DNA of 64,000 bases. Origin: Thermoanaerobaculia bacterium. Lineage in GTDB: Bacteria; Acidobacteriota; Thermoanaerobaculia; Multivoradales; Multivoraceae. Within the stretch, counting starts at the first letter, position 1, and each line of letters begins with the position of its first letter. Below the pieces are notes generated by a model that searched no databases, was not told the DNA's origin, and saw only the letters and a program-made list of their open reading frames with translations. Both the position numbers and the translations under genes were made by a program. Where the stretch lies: NCBI GenBank assembly GCA_963664405.1, contig OY761158.1, positions 5,664,001-5,728,000 on the forward strand. The letters are read 5' to 3'. Below, piece after piece: positions 18,167 to 28,690 of the stretch.

Positions 18167-19255
18167 GTGTCTCTCTCTCAGTCATGTGTTTCGTCACCGG
18201 AGTACGCTGAACTGTCTTCGCGTGTCACCATCGCGGTAGATGCCATGGGCGGGGACCATGCTCCGGCGTCCGCCGTAGGGGGCGCGCTGGCGGCGCTGCG
18301 CGAGAGTTCGTGCTCGGTGATTCTGGTGGGAGACGAGGACGCGCTGCGCGCCGAGCTGGACCGGCTGCCACCCGCCGAGGGCGACCTCGAGATCGAGCAT
18401 GCGGAGGAAGTGGTGGAGATGGACGAATCTCCGATCACTCCGATTCGCAAGAAGAAGCGGTCCTCGGTGAGGATCTGCGCCAATCTGGTCCGAGACGGTC
18501 GCGCTCATGGCATGTTTTCGGCGGGGAACACCGGTGCCGCGATGATTTCGGCGAAGATGGTGATCGGCACGATCGAAGGTGTCGATCGGCCTGCCTTGGC
18601 GGCGGTTTTCCCCAGTCTGGGTGGCCCGACCCTGGTGCTCGACGTCGGCGCCAACATCGGAAGCAAAGTGGAGCATCTGCGGCAGTTTGCGGTCATGGGG
18701 CACTTCTACGCCCAAGAGATCCTCGGCACCCACGCTCCGCGGATCGGGCTCCTTTCAGTGGGCGAGGAAGAGGGAAAGGGCACCGGCTTCACCCGTGAGG
18801 TCTACAAGATCATGGAGACCCTTCACCTCGACTTCGTCGGTAACGTTGAAGGACGCGACGTCTACCGTGGCTCGGTTGATGTCATCGTTTGCGATGGCTT
18901 TGCGGGCAACGTGATGCTCAAGTCGAGTGAAGCGCTGGGCGAGATGATCGTGAGTCTCTTGCGAGAGGAGATGTCGAGATCCTGGCGCGGGCGACTCGCC
19001 TCGGTCGTCGCGCGGTCTGCGTTCCGAAACCTGTTCGCGCGTCTCGACTATTCGGAGTACGGGGCGGTCCCGCTGCTTGGGGTGAAGGGCGCGTGCTTCA
19101 TCGGTCATGGCAACTCCAACGCCAATGCCGTCAAGAATGCGATTCTGCGCACACGCGATTTTTGCGAAGCGGATCTTCACAACAAGATGCGCGAGAAGTT
19201 GGCTGAAATGCACGCTGTCGAGGAGAGTTTGGCGGGCTCTCTGGGGGCGGTATGA
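18167..19255 (+). CDS. plsX: Phosphate acyltransferase PlsX
   Basis: IAVDAMGGDHAP, SAGNTGA, RPALA, LDVGAN, GNVEG, DGFAGNV. Exact start uncertain. Confidence 0.95.
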   Translation: MSLSQSCVSSPEYAELSSRVTIAVDAMGGDHAPASAVGGALAALRESSCSVILVGDEDALRAELDRLPPAEGDLEIEHAEEVVEMDESPITPIRKKKRSSVRICANLVRDGRAHGMFSAGNTGAAMISAKMVIGTIEGVDRPALAAVFPSLGGPTLVLDVGANIGSKVEHLRQFAVMGHFYAQEILGTHAPRIGLLSVGEEEGKGTGFTREVYKIMETLHLDFVGNVEGRDVYRGSVDVIVCDGFAGNVMLKSSEALGEMIVSLLREEMSRSWRGRLASVVARSAFRNLFARLDYSEYGAVPLLGVKGACFIGHGNSNANAVKNAILRTRDFCEADLHNKMREKLAEMHAVEESLAGSLGAV

Positions 19256-20190
19256 GCTCCGCACTCCGTGCTTTCGTGTTCCCCGGCCAGGGCTCTCAGA
19301 GCGTCGGGATGGGGCAGGAGTGCGCCGCCGAGATCGAGGAGGCTCGAGCAGTTTTCAGCTGCGCCGACGAAGTGCTTGGATTCCAGCTCAGTCGTCTCTG
19401 TTGGGAGGGCCCGGCCGCCGATCTTCAGCTGACGGCGAATACGCAACCCGCGATTCTGACCATGTCCGTTGCGATCTTCCGCTCGCTCGAGGCAGCCGCC
19501 CTGCGCCCGGACGCGGTTGCCGGACATAGCCTGGGAGAGTACTCGGCACTGGTCGCCGCCGGAGCGCTGGAATTCTCCGACGCGGTTCAACTGGTGCGAC
19601 GAAGGGGCGAATTGATGCAGGAGGCGGTACCCCCGGGAGTGGGCGCCATGGCAGCGATTCTCGGACTCGATCCGGGTGTGGTCCGTGAGGTCGTGGAAAC
19701 CGTGACTTCCGCGCAGGCTGTTTGTGCGGTGGCTAATCTGAACGCTCCTTGCCAGACCGTCATCGCCGGACATCGCGACGCGGTGGAGAGCGCTGTTGAC
19801 GAGGCCAAAACGCGGGGCGCGAAACGGGCGGTTCTACTGCCCGTCTCCGCGCCTTTTCACTCGCCGCTGATGGCTCCCGCACGCGAGGCGATGGCTCCTC
19901 TTCTCGAGGCCGTGACTATTTCGGACCCAGCGGTGCCGGTGGTCTGTAACGTCGACGCCAGACCGCTAAGGGAGGCCTTGGCGGTAAAGGACGCGCTGCT
20001 TCGCCAGATCGACCAGCCGGTTCGCTGGGTGGAGTCGATAGTGTGCCTTACGGAAGAGCTCGACTGCTCCAGTTTTGTCGAAGTAGGCCCGGGTCGGGTG
20101 CTCTCTGGCCTGATCCGCCGTATTGTTCCGAAAGCATCGACTGCGAGCGCGTCCTCACCCGACTCGATTCGCGCCGCGATCGGTAGCTGA
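19252..20190 (+). CDS. fabD: Malonyl-CoA:ACP transacylase
   Basis: FPGQGSQ, GHSLGEY, SAPFHS, EVGPG. Confidence 0.97.
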   Translation: MSSALRAFVFPGQGSQSVGMGQECAAEIEEARAVFSCADEVLGFQLSRLCWEGPAADLQLTANTQPAILTMSVAIFRSLEAAALRPDAVAGHSLGEYSALVAAGALEFSDAVQLVRRRGELMQEAVPPGVGAMAAILGLDPGVVREVVETVTSAQAVCAVANLNAPCQTVIAGHRDAVESAVDEAKTRGAKRAVLLPVSAPFHSPLMAPAREAMAPLLEAVTISDPAVPVVCNVDARPLREALAVKDALLRQIDQPVRWVESIVCLTEELDCSSFVEVGPGRVLSGLIRRIVPKASTASASSPDSIRAAIGS

Positions 20191-20204
20191 AGAGGGGGTG
20201 TTTG

Positions 20205-20948
20205 ATGTTTCGCCTCGAAGGCAAGACTGCGTTGGTCACCGGTGCGTCGATGGGAATCGGGGAGGGCATCGCCAGGCGCTTGGCGGCGGCCGGCGCGACG
20301 GTAATCGTCGCGGCTCGCTCTACCGATCGCCTGGAGAATCTTGTTGAGGAGCTGCGGGGGCTTGGCCAGGCGGCACATCCGCTCACCCTCGATGTCTCGC
20401 AGGCGGAAAGCCTGCAGGAACAGCTGGCCGACCTTCCGACGGAGCTGTTGCCGGTGCAGATTCTGGTCAACAATGCCGGAGTGACCGCCGACAATCTGCT
20501 GGCGCGCATGAGCCTCGAGCAGTGGAGTCACGTAATCGACACCAATCTGACCGGTACCTTTGCTCTCAGCCGGGCGCTCCTACGCGGGATGTTGCGCTCG
20601 CGATGGGGCCGCATCGTCAACATCTCTTCGGTGGTGGCGCTGATGGGCAACGGAGGGCAGACCAACTACGCGGCCTCGAAGGCCGGCATCATCGGCTTCA
20701 GCAAGTCGCTCGCGCGCGAGATCGGGAGTCGCAACATCACCGTAAACGTGGTTGCTCCCGGCTACGTAAGTACAGCCATGACCGAGTCTCTCACCGAGCA
20801 GCAGAAGTCCGCGCTGGAGCAGGGGATCGTGCTTGGGCGTCTGGGCACGACCGAAGATATCGCCGCCGCCGTCCACTATCTCGCCAGCGAAGACGCCGGC
20901 TACGTCACGGGCCAGGTACTAAATGTGTCAGGCGGCCTCTACATTTGA
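20205..20948 (+). CDS. fabG: 3-oxoacyl-ACP reductase
   Basis: TGASMGIG, NNAG, YAASK, VAPG; fab context. Confidence 0.95.
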   Translation: MFRLEGKTALVTGASMGIGEGIARRLAAAGATVIVAARSTDRLENLVEELRGLGQAAHPLTLDVSQAESLQEQLADLPTELLPVQILVNNAGVTADNLLARMSLEQWSHVIDTNLTGTFALSRALLRGMLRSRWGRIVNISSVVALMGNGGQTNYAASKAGIIGFSKSLAREIGSRNITVNVVAPGYVSTAMTESLTEQQKSALEQGIVLGRLGTTEDIAAAVHYLASEDAGYVTGQVLNVSGGLYI

Positions 20949-21605
20949 TATCCGGAGGAAGGTGATACCCCGCACCGCTCGCCGACTCCTCACTTCTCCA
21001 GATGCGCCGTCCTCGGCGCCATGTAGTCCATCCGGAGGAAGTGATATTCATCACTTCTGTAGGCCTCTACATTTGATATCCGGAGGAAGGTGATACCCCT
21101 CACCGCTCGCCGACTCCTCACTTCTCCGGATGCGCCGTCCTCGGCGCCATGTAGTCCATCCGGAGGAAGTGATATTCATCACTTCTGTAGGCCTCTACAT
21201 CTGATATCCGGAGGAAGGTGATACCCCGCACCGCTCGCCGACTCCTCACTTTCCCTGATGCGCCGTCCTCGGCGCCATGTAGTCCATCCGGAGGAAGTGA
21301 TATTCATCACTTCTGTAGGCCTCTACATCTGATATCCGGAGGAAGGTGATACCCCGCACCGCTCGCCGACTCCTCACTTCTCCAGATGCGCCGTCCTCGG
21401 CGCCATGTAGTCCATCCGGAGGAAGTGATATTCATCACTTCTGTAGGCCTCTACATCTGATATCCGGAGGAAGGTGATACCCCGCACCGCTCGCCGACTC
21501 CTCACTTCTCCGGATGCGCCGTCCTCGGCGCCATGTAGTCCATCCGGAGGAAGTGATATTCATCACTTCTGTAGGATGCCGAAGGAAATGATAGCCATCA
21601 TTTCC
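20934..21605. repeat. Tandem array of five 128-bp units plus a terminal palindrome
   Basis: Units start at 20934, 21062, 21190, 21318 and 21446 and differ by only a few substitutions. Terminal hairpin GGAAATGAT-AGCC-ATCATTTCC at 21584-21605. Confidence 0.95.
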
Positions 21606-21691
21606 GTAGGCTAGTAGGATGTGCGCCGCGTGCTGTGCAAGAGTATGCCTGGTTCGATCGCCAACGGTACTGAAGCAAGGAGACGCCATCC

Positions 21692-21928
21692 ATGTCCGTA
21701 GCAGAGAAGGTCAAGAGCATTATCGTCGAGCAGCTGGGTGTCGACGCTGACGAGGTAACCACCAACGCGAGTTTTACCGACGATCTAGGAGCGGACTCCC
21801 TGGACATCGTCGAGCTCGTTATGGCTTTTGAAGAAGAGTTCGAGCTCGAGATTCCAGACGAGGCAGCTGAGAAGATCGGTAAGGTGCAGGAAGCGATCGA
21901 CTACATCGAGGGGAACAAGGGAGGCTGA
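21692..21928 (+). CDS. acpP: Acyl carrier protein
   Basis: [20 protein letters not shown]. Confidence 0.97.
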   Translation: MSVAEKVKSIIVEQLGVDADEVTTNASFTDDLGADSLDIVELVMAFEEEFELEIPDEAAEKIGKVQEAIDYIEGNKGG

Positions 21929-21936
21929 GGGCCGTC

Positions 21937-23202
21937 TTGGTCGATTCTGAGATCTCACTTCCCCCCCGGCGCCGCGTAGTGATTACCGGTGTCGGGCTGG
22001 TGTCTCCTCTCGGTGTGGGCACGCGACGAACCTGGGACGGCATCCTTACCGGTCGCAGCGGTATTGGCGAGCTCACCAAGATCGACCCGTCCGCGTACGC
22101 GACTCGTATCGCCGGAGAAGTACCCGGCTTCGACGTTAGTGAGTTCATGTCGCGCAAGGAGGCGAGACGCTTTGACGCCTTCATTCACTATGCGGTGGCG
22201 TCCACCAAATTCGCGCTAGAGGACGCTAAGTTCGAGATCACAGACGAGAACGACGAGCGTGTCGCCGTCATCATCGGCAGCGGTATCGGCGGCTTCCCTG
22301 TGATCGAGCAGACCAAAGAAGTTCTCGACGGTAGAGGCGCTCACCGAGTCTCCCCGTTCTTCATTCCGGGAGCGATCTCGAACATGGCGGCCGGACAGGT
22401 GTCGATTCAGTTCGGCGCCAAGGGCCCGAACAGTTGTCCGGTGACTGCTTGCACCACCGGACTCCATGCCATCGGCGACGCCCTCAGGCTCATCCAGCAT
22501 GGCTACGCCGATGCTGCGATCGCCGGCGGCACTGAGGGCGCAATGACGCCACTCGCCTTCGCCGGGTTCTGTTCGATGCGGGCGATGTCCCAGCGTAATG
22601 ACGAGCCTGAGCGGGCTTCCCGACCCTGGGATCGTGATCGTGACGGCTTCGTCCTCAGCGAAGGCGCCGGCATCGTCATCCTGGAGGAGCTGACCGCGGC
22701 CAAGGCCAGAGGAGCTCATATATACGCCGAGATCGTCGGCTATGGCATGAGCGCGGATGCGTACCATATTTCAGCTCCGCATCCGGAGGGCGACGGCGCC
22801 GTTCGGGTCATGCGCATCGCGATCAACGATGCTGGCCTCGAGCCCAAGGACATTGATTACATCAACGCGCACGGTACCTCGACGCCCCTCGGCGACGTGG
22901 CCGAAGTGCGGGCGATCAAGAGAGTGTTTGACGAGCACGCCTACAAGTTGGCGGTGTCCTCGACCAAGTCCTCGACCGGGCACCTACTCGGTGCTGCCGG
23001 CGGACTCGAAGCCGGCTTCCTGGCTCTGGCGATGGACCAGCAGATCCTGCCGCCGACCCTCAACCTCGAGAACCCGGACGAGGAGTGCGATCTCGATTTC
23101 GTGCCGGATATGGCGAGAGAGGCCGACCTTCGCTACGCTCTGACTAACTCTTTCGGCTTCGGCGGCACCAACGGCGCCTTGATTTTGGCCCGCACCGAGT
23201 AA
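21937..23202 (+). CDS. fabF: Beta-ketoacyl-ACP synthase II
   Basis: RRVVITG, TACTTG (Cys), NAHGTST, GHLLGAAG, NSFGFGG. Confidence 0.97.
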   Translation: MVDSEISLPPRRRVVITGVGLVSPLGVGTRRTWDGILTGRSGIGELTKIDPSAYATRIAGEVPGFDVSEFMSRKEARRFDAFIHYAVASTKFALEDAKFEITDENDERVAVIIGSGIGGFPVIEQTKEVLDGRGAHRVSPFFIPGAISNMAAGQVSIQFGAKGPNSCPVTACTTGLHAIGDALRLIQHGYADAAIAGGTEGAMTPLAFAGFCSMRAMSQRNDEPERASRPWDRDRDGFVLSEGAGIVILEELTAAKARGAHIYAEIVGYGMSADAYHISAPHPEGDGAVRVMRIAINDAGLEPKDIDYINAHGTSTPLGDVAEVRAIKRVFDEHAYKLAVSSTKSSTGHLLGAAGGLEAGFLALAMDQQILPPTLNLENPDEECDLDFVPDMAREADLRYALTNSFGFGGTNGALILARTE

Positions 23203-23319
23203 CGCGCGGCCCGATTCGGTCTGTACTCCTTGTCGCGGTTCTCGGGGTCCCCGTGCCGGCGGCCGATCCGCGCGCCAACGAGGCACTCTTCGCCGATCCG
23301 GTACCTTCCCAGTGACTGA

Positions 23320-25536
23320 TCATCCTTCGGGATTGAGCCAGCGGTCGAAAAATCTCTCCATGCGCTCGAAGTAGTGGCGCTGGGCGCTCTCCTCGAATCC
23401 ATGTTTCTCGCCGGGGTAAAACGCTTGCTCGAAGGGCAGCCCTGCCTCGACCAACACTCGGCTCAATGCCACTGAGTTGTGGATATGCACGTTGTTGTCG
23501 CCGGTGCCGTGGACGAGGAGCAGAGGGTCTTCGAGAGCGGTTGCCCAGGTGATCGGTGACGACTCTCGATAGCCGTCGGCGTTGGTCTCGGGGTTGCCGA
23601 GGTAGCGCTCGGTCCAGAGGGCATCGTAGAGTTTCCAGTCGGTAACCGGCGCTCCGGCGACTGCTGCGCCCCAGGTTCCCGGGCTCTTGAAGATGGAGTA
23701 GAGCGTGTTGGCGCCGCCTCCGGACCAGCCCCAGAGGCCGATGTGCTCCGGGGCGACCCACGGCTGGCTTCGCAGGTATTCGACCGCGGCGAGTTGGGCC
23801 CGTAGCTCGAGCTCGCCGAAGCGGTGATGCAGCCGCTCGGCTCCGGCCTTGCCGAAGAAGATCGAGGCTTGGTTGTCGAGGTTGAAGATGATGAAGCCTC
23901 TCTGCGCCATGCGCATGCGCCAGAGGTCGGCAAGGGGTCGCGCCGAGGAGTTGTTTCTGACGGTCTGCGACCCGGGCCCGCCGTAGTGGTACATGATCAC
24001 GGGGTAGCGTCGAGCGGGATCGAAGTCGACGGGCGCGAGCATGCGGGCCGGCAGATCCACTCCATCGGGCCCTTCGATCTCGAGGAACTTCCACTGTGGC
24101 AGATCCCGACGGTCGTAGGCGGTGGCGAGCCGGTGGGGAAGGCTCAGACTCTGGCCTCCGACGCGTTCCAGGCGGGCTCGTGGAGAATGGTTGGCGGTGC
24201 TGTGGGTGATGACCCATTCGCTCCCTCGCGGGGAAACGGTCGCGACATTCCAGCCCGATTCGTCAGCCAGGACCTCGAGGCTCTCGCCGTCGAGAGACCC
24301 TCGGTAGAGCTGCCGGTCACCGGCGCCGAGATCGGCAGCACGAAAACCAGTGAAGAAGATGACCCCGGCTTCCTCGACCACGCGATCGAGGCGAGAGACG
24401 GCGACGCCGTCGGGGGAGATCGGGTGGAGAAGCGTGCCGTTCTCGTCGTAGAGATAGAGACGGCGCCAGCCGTCGCGGTCTGATCCCCAGATCACTCGGC
24501 CGCGCTCGAGCAGTGCGAAATCATCCTCGATGTCGACCCAGGTACTCTGGCGCTCGCGAAGAAAAACTCTGCAGCTACCGGTCGAGGGATCGCAGAGCAG
24601 AAGGTCCACCTCGGTCTGGTCTCTGGAGAGGCGGAGCACGGCGAGCCGGCTGCCGTCGGGGGACCAGAGGGTGCGAGCCAGATAGACGTTGTCGTCGTCA
24701 CCGCTGTCGATCCACGTCGTCTCAGCGCTGACGAGGTCGACTACACCGATACGCACACGCGGTATCTTCTCGCCCGGTTTCGGGTAGGGCTGATTTGTGA
24801 CCGGGGAGCTGATCGGGACGTCGTCGACAATGGGGTGAGTGGGGACTCCTTCTTCGTCGAAGCGTTGGTAGGCGATCCGCCTTCCGTCCGGGGACCACCA
24901 GAAGCCGATGGATCGCCGGTTCCAGATCTCTTCCCAGTACAGCCAGTCGGGCTTGCCGTTGAGCACCTCGCCTGGCTTTCCGTCGTCGGTGAGACGGCGC
25001 TCTTTGCCGCTGGTCAAGTTCAGAATCCACAGATCGGCGTTCCTCACGAAGGCGAGATGTGTCGAGTCGGGAGAGAAGCGCGCATCCTCGCTGCTCGCCT
25101 CGTTGGCGGTGAGCCGCAGGACCTCCTGGTCCGCGATCGTGTAGAGAAAGAGATCGCCGTCGTCTTTCAGGAGCAGGCTAGAGCCATCCGGCGACCACTG
25201 ATAGTCGGCGGTGGAGAGAGTACGCTCCTCGAAGTGCAGCTCGCCGTCTTCGAGTAAGCGTTCGGGCCTATCGGCGCCTTCTGGTAGGACCCACAGGTCT
25301 CGCGGGCCCGTTTCCGACCAGAGAAAAGAGAGGAGCTGCCCGCTCTCGGTCCAGACGATCTCGGAGGGGGCTCTAGCGTGCCCTTGGCGGTCGAAGATGG
25401 TCTCGAGTGAAAGCACTTCCTCTGCGCACTGTCCTGGCTGCGGCACGTTGGTGAGACTGACGGCGAGCGCGATGGCTGGCAGCAGCGGACCAGATCGAGG
25501 CCACCTCTTGGGCGGATCGACGATCCACGAAGGCAC
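23320..25536 (-). CDS. S9B dipeptidyl peptidase IV-like serine peptidase
   Basis: DPP-IV propeller (DWLYWEEI, YPKPG), GWSGGG nucleophile, HGTGDNNVH, YPGEKHG. A GTG overlapping the ETF-QO stop is taken as start. Confidence 0.9.
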   Translation of the reverse strand: MPSWIVDPPKRWPRSGPLLPAIALAVSLTNVPQPGQCAEEVLSLETIFDRQGHARAPSEIVWTESGQLLSFLWSETGPRDLWVLPEGADRPERLLEDGELHFEERTLSTADYQWSPDGSSLLLKDDGDLFLYTIADQEVLRLTANEASSEDARFSPDSTHLAFVRNADLWILNLTSGKERRLTDDGKPGEVLNGKPDWLYWEEIWNRRSIGFWWSPDGRRIAYQRFDEEGVPTHPIVDDVPISSPVTNQPYPKPGEKIPRVRIGVVDLVSAETTWIDSGDDDNVYLARTLWSPDGSRLAVLRLSRDQTEVDLLLCDPSTGSCRVFLRERQSTWVDIEDDFALLERGRVIWGSDRDGWRRLYLYDENGTLLHPISPDGVAVSRLDRVVEEAGVIFFTGFRAADLGAGDRQLYRGSLDGESLEVLADESGWNVATVSPRGSEWVITHSTANHSPRARLERVGGQSLSLPHRLATAYDRRDLPQWKFLEIEGPDGVDLPARMLAPVDFDPARRYPVIMYHYGGPGSQTVRNNSSARPLADLWRMRMAQRGFIIFNLDNQASIFFGKAGAERLHHRFGELELRAQLAAVEYLRSQPWVAPEHIGLWGWSGGGANTLYSIFKSPGTWGAAVAGAPVTDWKLYDALWTERYLGNPETNADGYRESSPITWATALEDPLLLVHGTGDNNVHIHNSVALSRVLVEAGLPFEQAFYPGEKHGFEESAQRHYFERMERFFDRWLNPEG

Positions 25537-27209
25537 TACATCCTTCCGTAGTTGGGCCCGCCGCCACCCTCGGGCGTCACCCAGGTGATGATCTGGTACG
25601 GATCCATGATGTCGCAAGTCTTGCAGTGAACGCAGTTGGACGCGTTGATCTGGAGTCGGCGTCCGGTTGGCGAATCGCCATCGTCGACCATCTCGTACAC
25701 ATTCGCTGGGCAGAAGCGCTCACAGGGGTTGGCGTACTCCAGCGCACACTGGTGAATACACAGGTCGTTATCGGCAATGAGAAGGTGGACAGGCTGATCC
25801 TCTTCGTGGGAGGTGGCGGAGTTGTAGACATCGGCGAGCTTGTCGAAGGTGAGCTTGCCGTCGAAGTCGATAGCAGCCGGCTCCTGGGGCGCCGCAGAGC
25901 TTGTAATCCGTTCCATCTTGCGATGACCTGCCTCACTACGAAGCCGGTCGAAGATGCCCCAACCACGGCCCTGGGTAAGCATGCCAAGCCCTGCCTGAAT
26001 GATGCCACCGAGCGCGCCGTGATCGAAGGCCTGGTGGAAGTTCCGTACCTCTCGTAGCTCTTCTCCTGCCCAGCTCTCCTTTACACTGACTCCGAAAGAA
26101 GAGAGCGCGGCGCTCGAGTAATCGCCTTTCTCGAGCGCTTCGAAGAGGGTTTCGGCAGCGAGGATTCCCGATTTCATCGCCAAGTGAATTCCCTTGAGGC
26201 GCTGGCTGTTGAGGAAGCCCCCACTGTCGCCAATGATCAGGAAGCCGTCGCCGAACAAACGTGGCATGGACCACCAGCCTCCTTCCGGGATCGCCTTGGC
26301 GCCGTAGTACTGCATGCGCCCTCCTGCGAGCAGGTCGGCGATCGAGGGATGGGTCTTCCAGCGCTGGAACTCTTGATGCGGATCGAGATAGGGGTTGTTG
26401 TAGTCGAGCCCTACAACCAGGCCGACGATGAGGAGGTCGTCCTGCATCATGTAGGCGAAGCCACCGCCGAAAGTCTTCGAGTCCAGCGGCCAGCCCATGG
26501 TGTGGCGCACATGGCCGGGCCTTAACCGGCCCGGCGGGATCTCCCAGACCTCCTTGATACCCAAGGCATAGACCTGAGGATTACTGTCTTTGGACAGCGC
26601 GAGCTGGTGGTCGAGTTGGCCACTGAGGGTGCCGCGAGGGCCTTCGCCCAGGACCACGACCTTCGAATGAATATCGATCCCTGGCTCGTAGTTCGCCTTT
26701 TCCGCGCCGGCACGATCGAGCCCGTGGTCGCCGGTACGAACTCCGATCACGCGCTCGCCGTCAAGCAGGATCTCGCGGCCGGGAAACTCGCAGAATACGT
26801 CGACGCCGACCTCTTCGGCCTTCGATGCCATCCACTTGACGAGCTTGCCCAGCGATACGACGTACTTGCCTTCGTTCTCCAGCATCGGCGGAATCGGCAT
26901 CTTCAGGGCGCCGGACCGGGTCATGAAGAGGAGCTGCTCGTCCTCGACCTCGGCCTCGAGCGGCGCTTCTCGCCAATCTCGAGGGAAAAGCTCGCGTAGG
27001 CCGCGGGGGTCGAGAATCGCTCCGGAGAGTGCGTGGCTACCGATCTCCTTGCCCTTCTCCAGAACCGCGATGGACACCTCGATCGGTTCCGTTGCCGAGG
27101 TGTTGTGCTCCTGAATCAGACTACTGAGTCGGTAGGCGCCGGCCAGGCTGGCTGGACCGGCACCAACGAAAAGGAAGTCGATGTCAACAATCTCGCGGGC
27201 GTTGGTCAT
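25536..27209 (-). CDS. Electron transfer flavoprotein-ubiquinone oxidoreductase
   Basis: VGAGPAS, EKG..IGSHALSGA, IPEGG, KGIHLAMKSG, 4Fe-4S motifs CERFCPA and NCVHCKTCDI. Confidence 0.93.
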   Translation of the reverse strand: MTNAREIVDIDFLFVGAGPASLAGAYRLSSLIQEHNTSATEPIEVSIAVLEKGKEIGSHALSGAILDPRGLRELFPRDWREAPLEAEVEDEQLLFMTRSGALKMPIPPMLENEGKYVVSLGKLVKWMASKAEEVGVDVFCEFPGREILLDGERVIGVRTGDHGLDRAGAEKANYEPGIDIHSKVVVLGEGPRGTLSGQLDHQLALSKDSNPQVYALGIKEVWEIPPGRLRPGHVRHTMGWPLDSKTFGGGFAYMMQDDLLIVGLVVGLDYNNPYLDPHQEFQRWKTHPSIADLLAGGRMQYYGAKAIPEGGWWSMPRLFGDGFLIIGDSGGFLNSQRLKGIHLAMKSGILAAETLFEALEKGDYSSAALSSFGVSVKESWAGEELREVRNFHQAFDHGALGGIIQAGLGMLTQGRGWGIFDRLRSEAGHRKMERITSSAAPQEPAAIDFDGKLTFDKLADVYNSATSHEEDQPVHLLIADNDLCIHQCALEYANPCERFCPANVYEMVDDGDSPTGRRLQINASNCVHCKTCDIMDPYQIITWVTPEGGGGPNYGRM

Positions 27210-27325
27210 GGTGCTGAACTGGGCTCGATCTGGGAGGCGCGAGCCTACCATCTGGGCCGAGTGCGGCGGCCCGTCTTACCCGGGCGTACGTCAGATTTGT
27301 GAGATGAGGTGGTTGGGTGCGGCTG

Positions 27326-28690
27326 TTACGCAGTGTGTCGGCAGCGGTGTGTGGAGTTCCAGAACATCTCGAATCGGCCGCTGAGCCTCGCACAGCGCAG
27401 AGCCAGGATGGCGTTAGCGCCGTTGAGGCTCCAGTGCATCCCAGCGCGCTTGAGGCGGTGGCCGACGACGACCTTGCACCCGGCTTCAACGACGCCGGTC
27501 GAGGTGCAGAGCCCTTTGGCGCGGAAGCGATCGTAGCGCATACGGTGTTGGTTGCGTTGGAAGTACGCCGCCGCCTTGCGAGCCTCCTCACAGCTGGTCT
27601 GGTGCGTACGGAGGACTCCGAGAAGGGCGTCGAGGTCTCCGGCCTCGAGCTCGTCATAGCGCTGCCGAGCCCAGGCGGTGGCGAGGTCGCTGGAGGCTCC
27701 ATAGATCGCCCGCGCCACCTCGCTGAGGTGCTCCATGGCGTGGAAGAGGTCGACGATCTGGGTCGCTTTGGGAAAGAGCTCGTCGGCGAGATTCCAGATC
27801 CACAGTGCCCCATCGCCGAGGAAGACCTGGCGTCGGGCTCGATCGAAGCCTCGACGCTTCGCTTCGCGCTCGACTCGCTGCCAGAAGGGAGCCACGGTTG
27901 AGTTGAGTCCACGTCCTGAGTAGCCGCCGTCTCGATGGCGGCGGAGTAGCTCACCGAGCCCCGATCGCGCACCGGGCGGTCCTCGTCGTCGCGGGTTTCG
28001 GCGCTCCAGAGCGTACAAAGCTTCACCTCCCGGGTCTTGGCCGATCCGTCGGGCTGCTTGCCCGGGCGGCCGGTAAGCTCGCAGCGGCGCATCGGCACCC
28101 CGGTGCCGTCCACTCCCAGGTAGAGCGTCTGCGGGATGTGTGAAGACTCGACGGGCTCGATGACCTGTTGCTCGTAGGCCGCAATCTCGCGCCCCAAGGC
28201 CTCCGAGGTGCGCTCCACCTGTTTGGCGCCGACCTCGATCCCCGAAAGCTCCGAGAGAAGCTCGCTGCCCTCCTGGAAGCTCACCAGGGCACCGACGGTG
28301 CCCACCATCCGGGTGACGGCCGGCGACAGCGAGCGGCCTTCGAGACCCAGCACACGGTCGCGAGGGCAGAAGCCTTTCTGACAGTGCAGACAGTCGTAAT
28401 ACGCCCGCTCCAGGTGCATCGATCCGAGGACGGTCTCGAAGCGTTTGGCCCGACGACCGGCGTAGCGAGCCGTCTGAGCGCAGTCGCACGGCGCCGCCGC
28501 ACCGACGTGATCGGTGTGATCCGAATTGAGCCGCTGCTCCACTGCCCGTGCCGCCAGCTCGAGGGCCCGCCGGCGCGCGCTCGTCTCCAAGGCCTCGAAG
28601 TCGAGCGCCTCGAGCGCCTCTGGGCTGATCAGCGCCTCGACTTCGGTCGCGATCTCGGCCTCGAAAATCGTCTGGAGCCCCCTTTTTGCT
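27326..28690 (-). pseudogene. ISKra4-type DDE transposase, frameshifted
   Basis: LERAYYDC..C..GFCP.D, VDGTGVP, TREVK in one frame; GDGALWIW, VDLFHAMEHL, GVVEAGCK..RLKRAGMHW in another. The switch is at a GTTGA tandem duplication (27897-27906). Confidence 0.85.

Noticed and set aside
21002-21076. 24-aa mini-ORF MRRPRRHVVHPEEVIFITSVGLYI repeated across four unit junctions
   Set aside because: No RBS upstream and it simply reuses the duplicated fabG stop; likely a by-product of the repeat.
20934-21605. CRISPR array
   Set aside because: Units are near-identical along their whole 128 bp with no unique spacers, and there are no cas genes in the window.
27184-27896. C-terminal half of the 532-aa ORF as real protein
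   Set aside because: Out-of-frame read-through after the 5-bp duplication; transposase motifs continue in the other frame.
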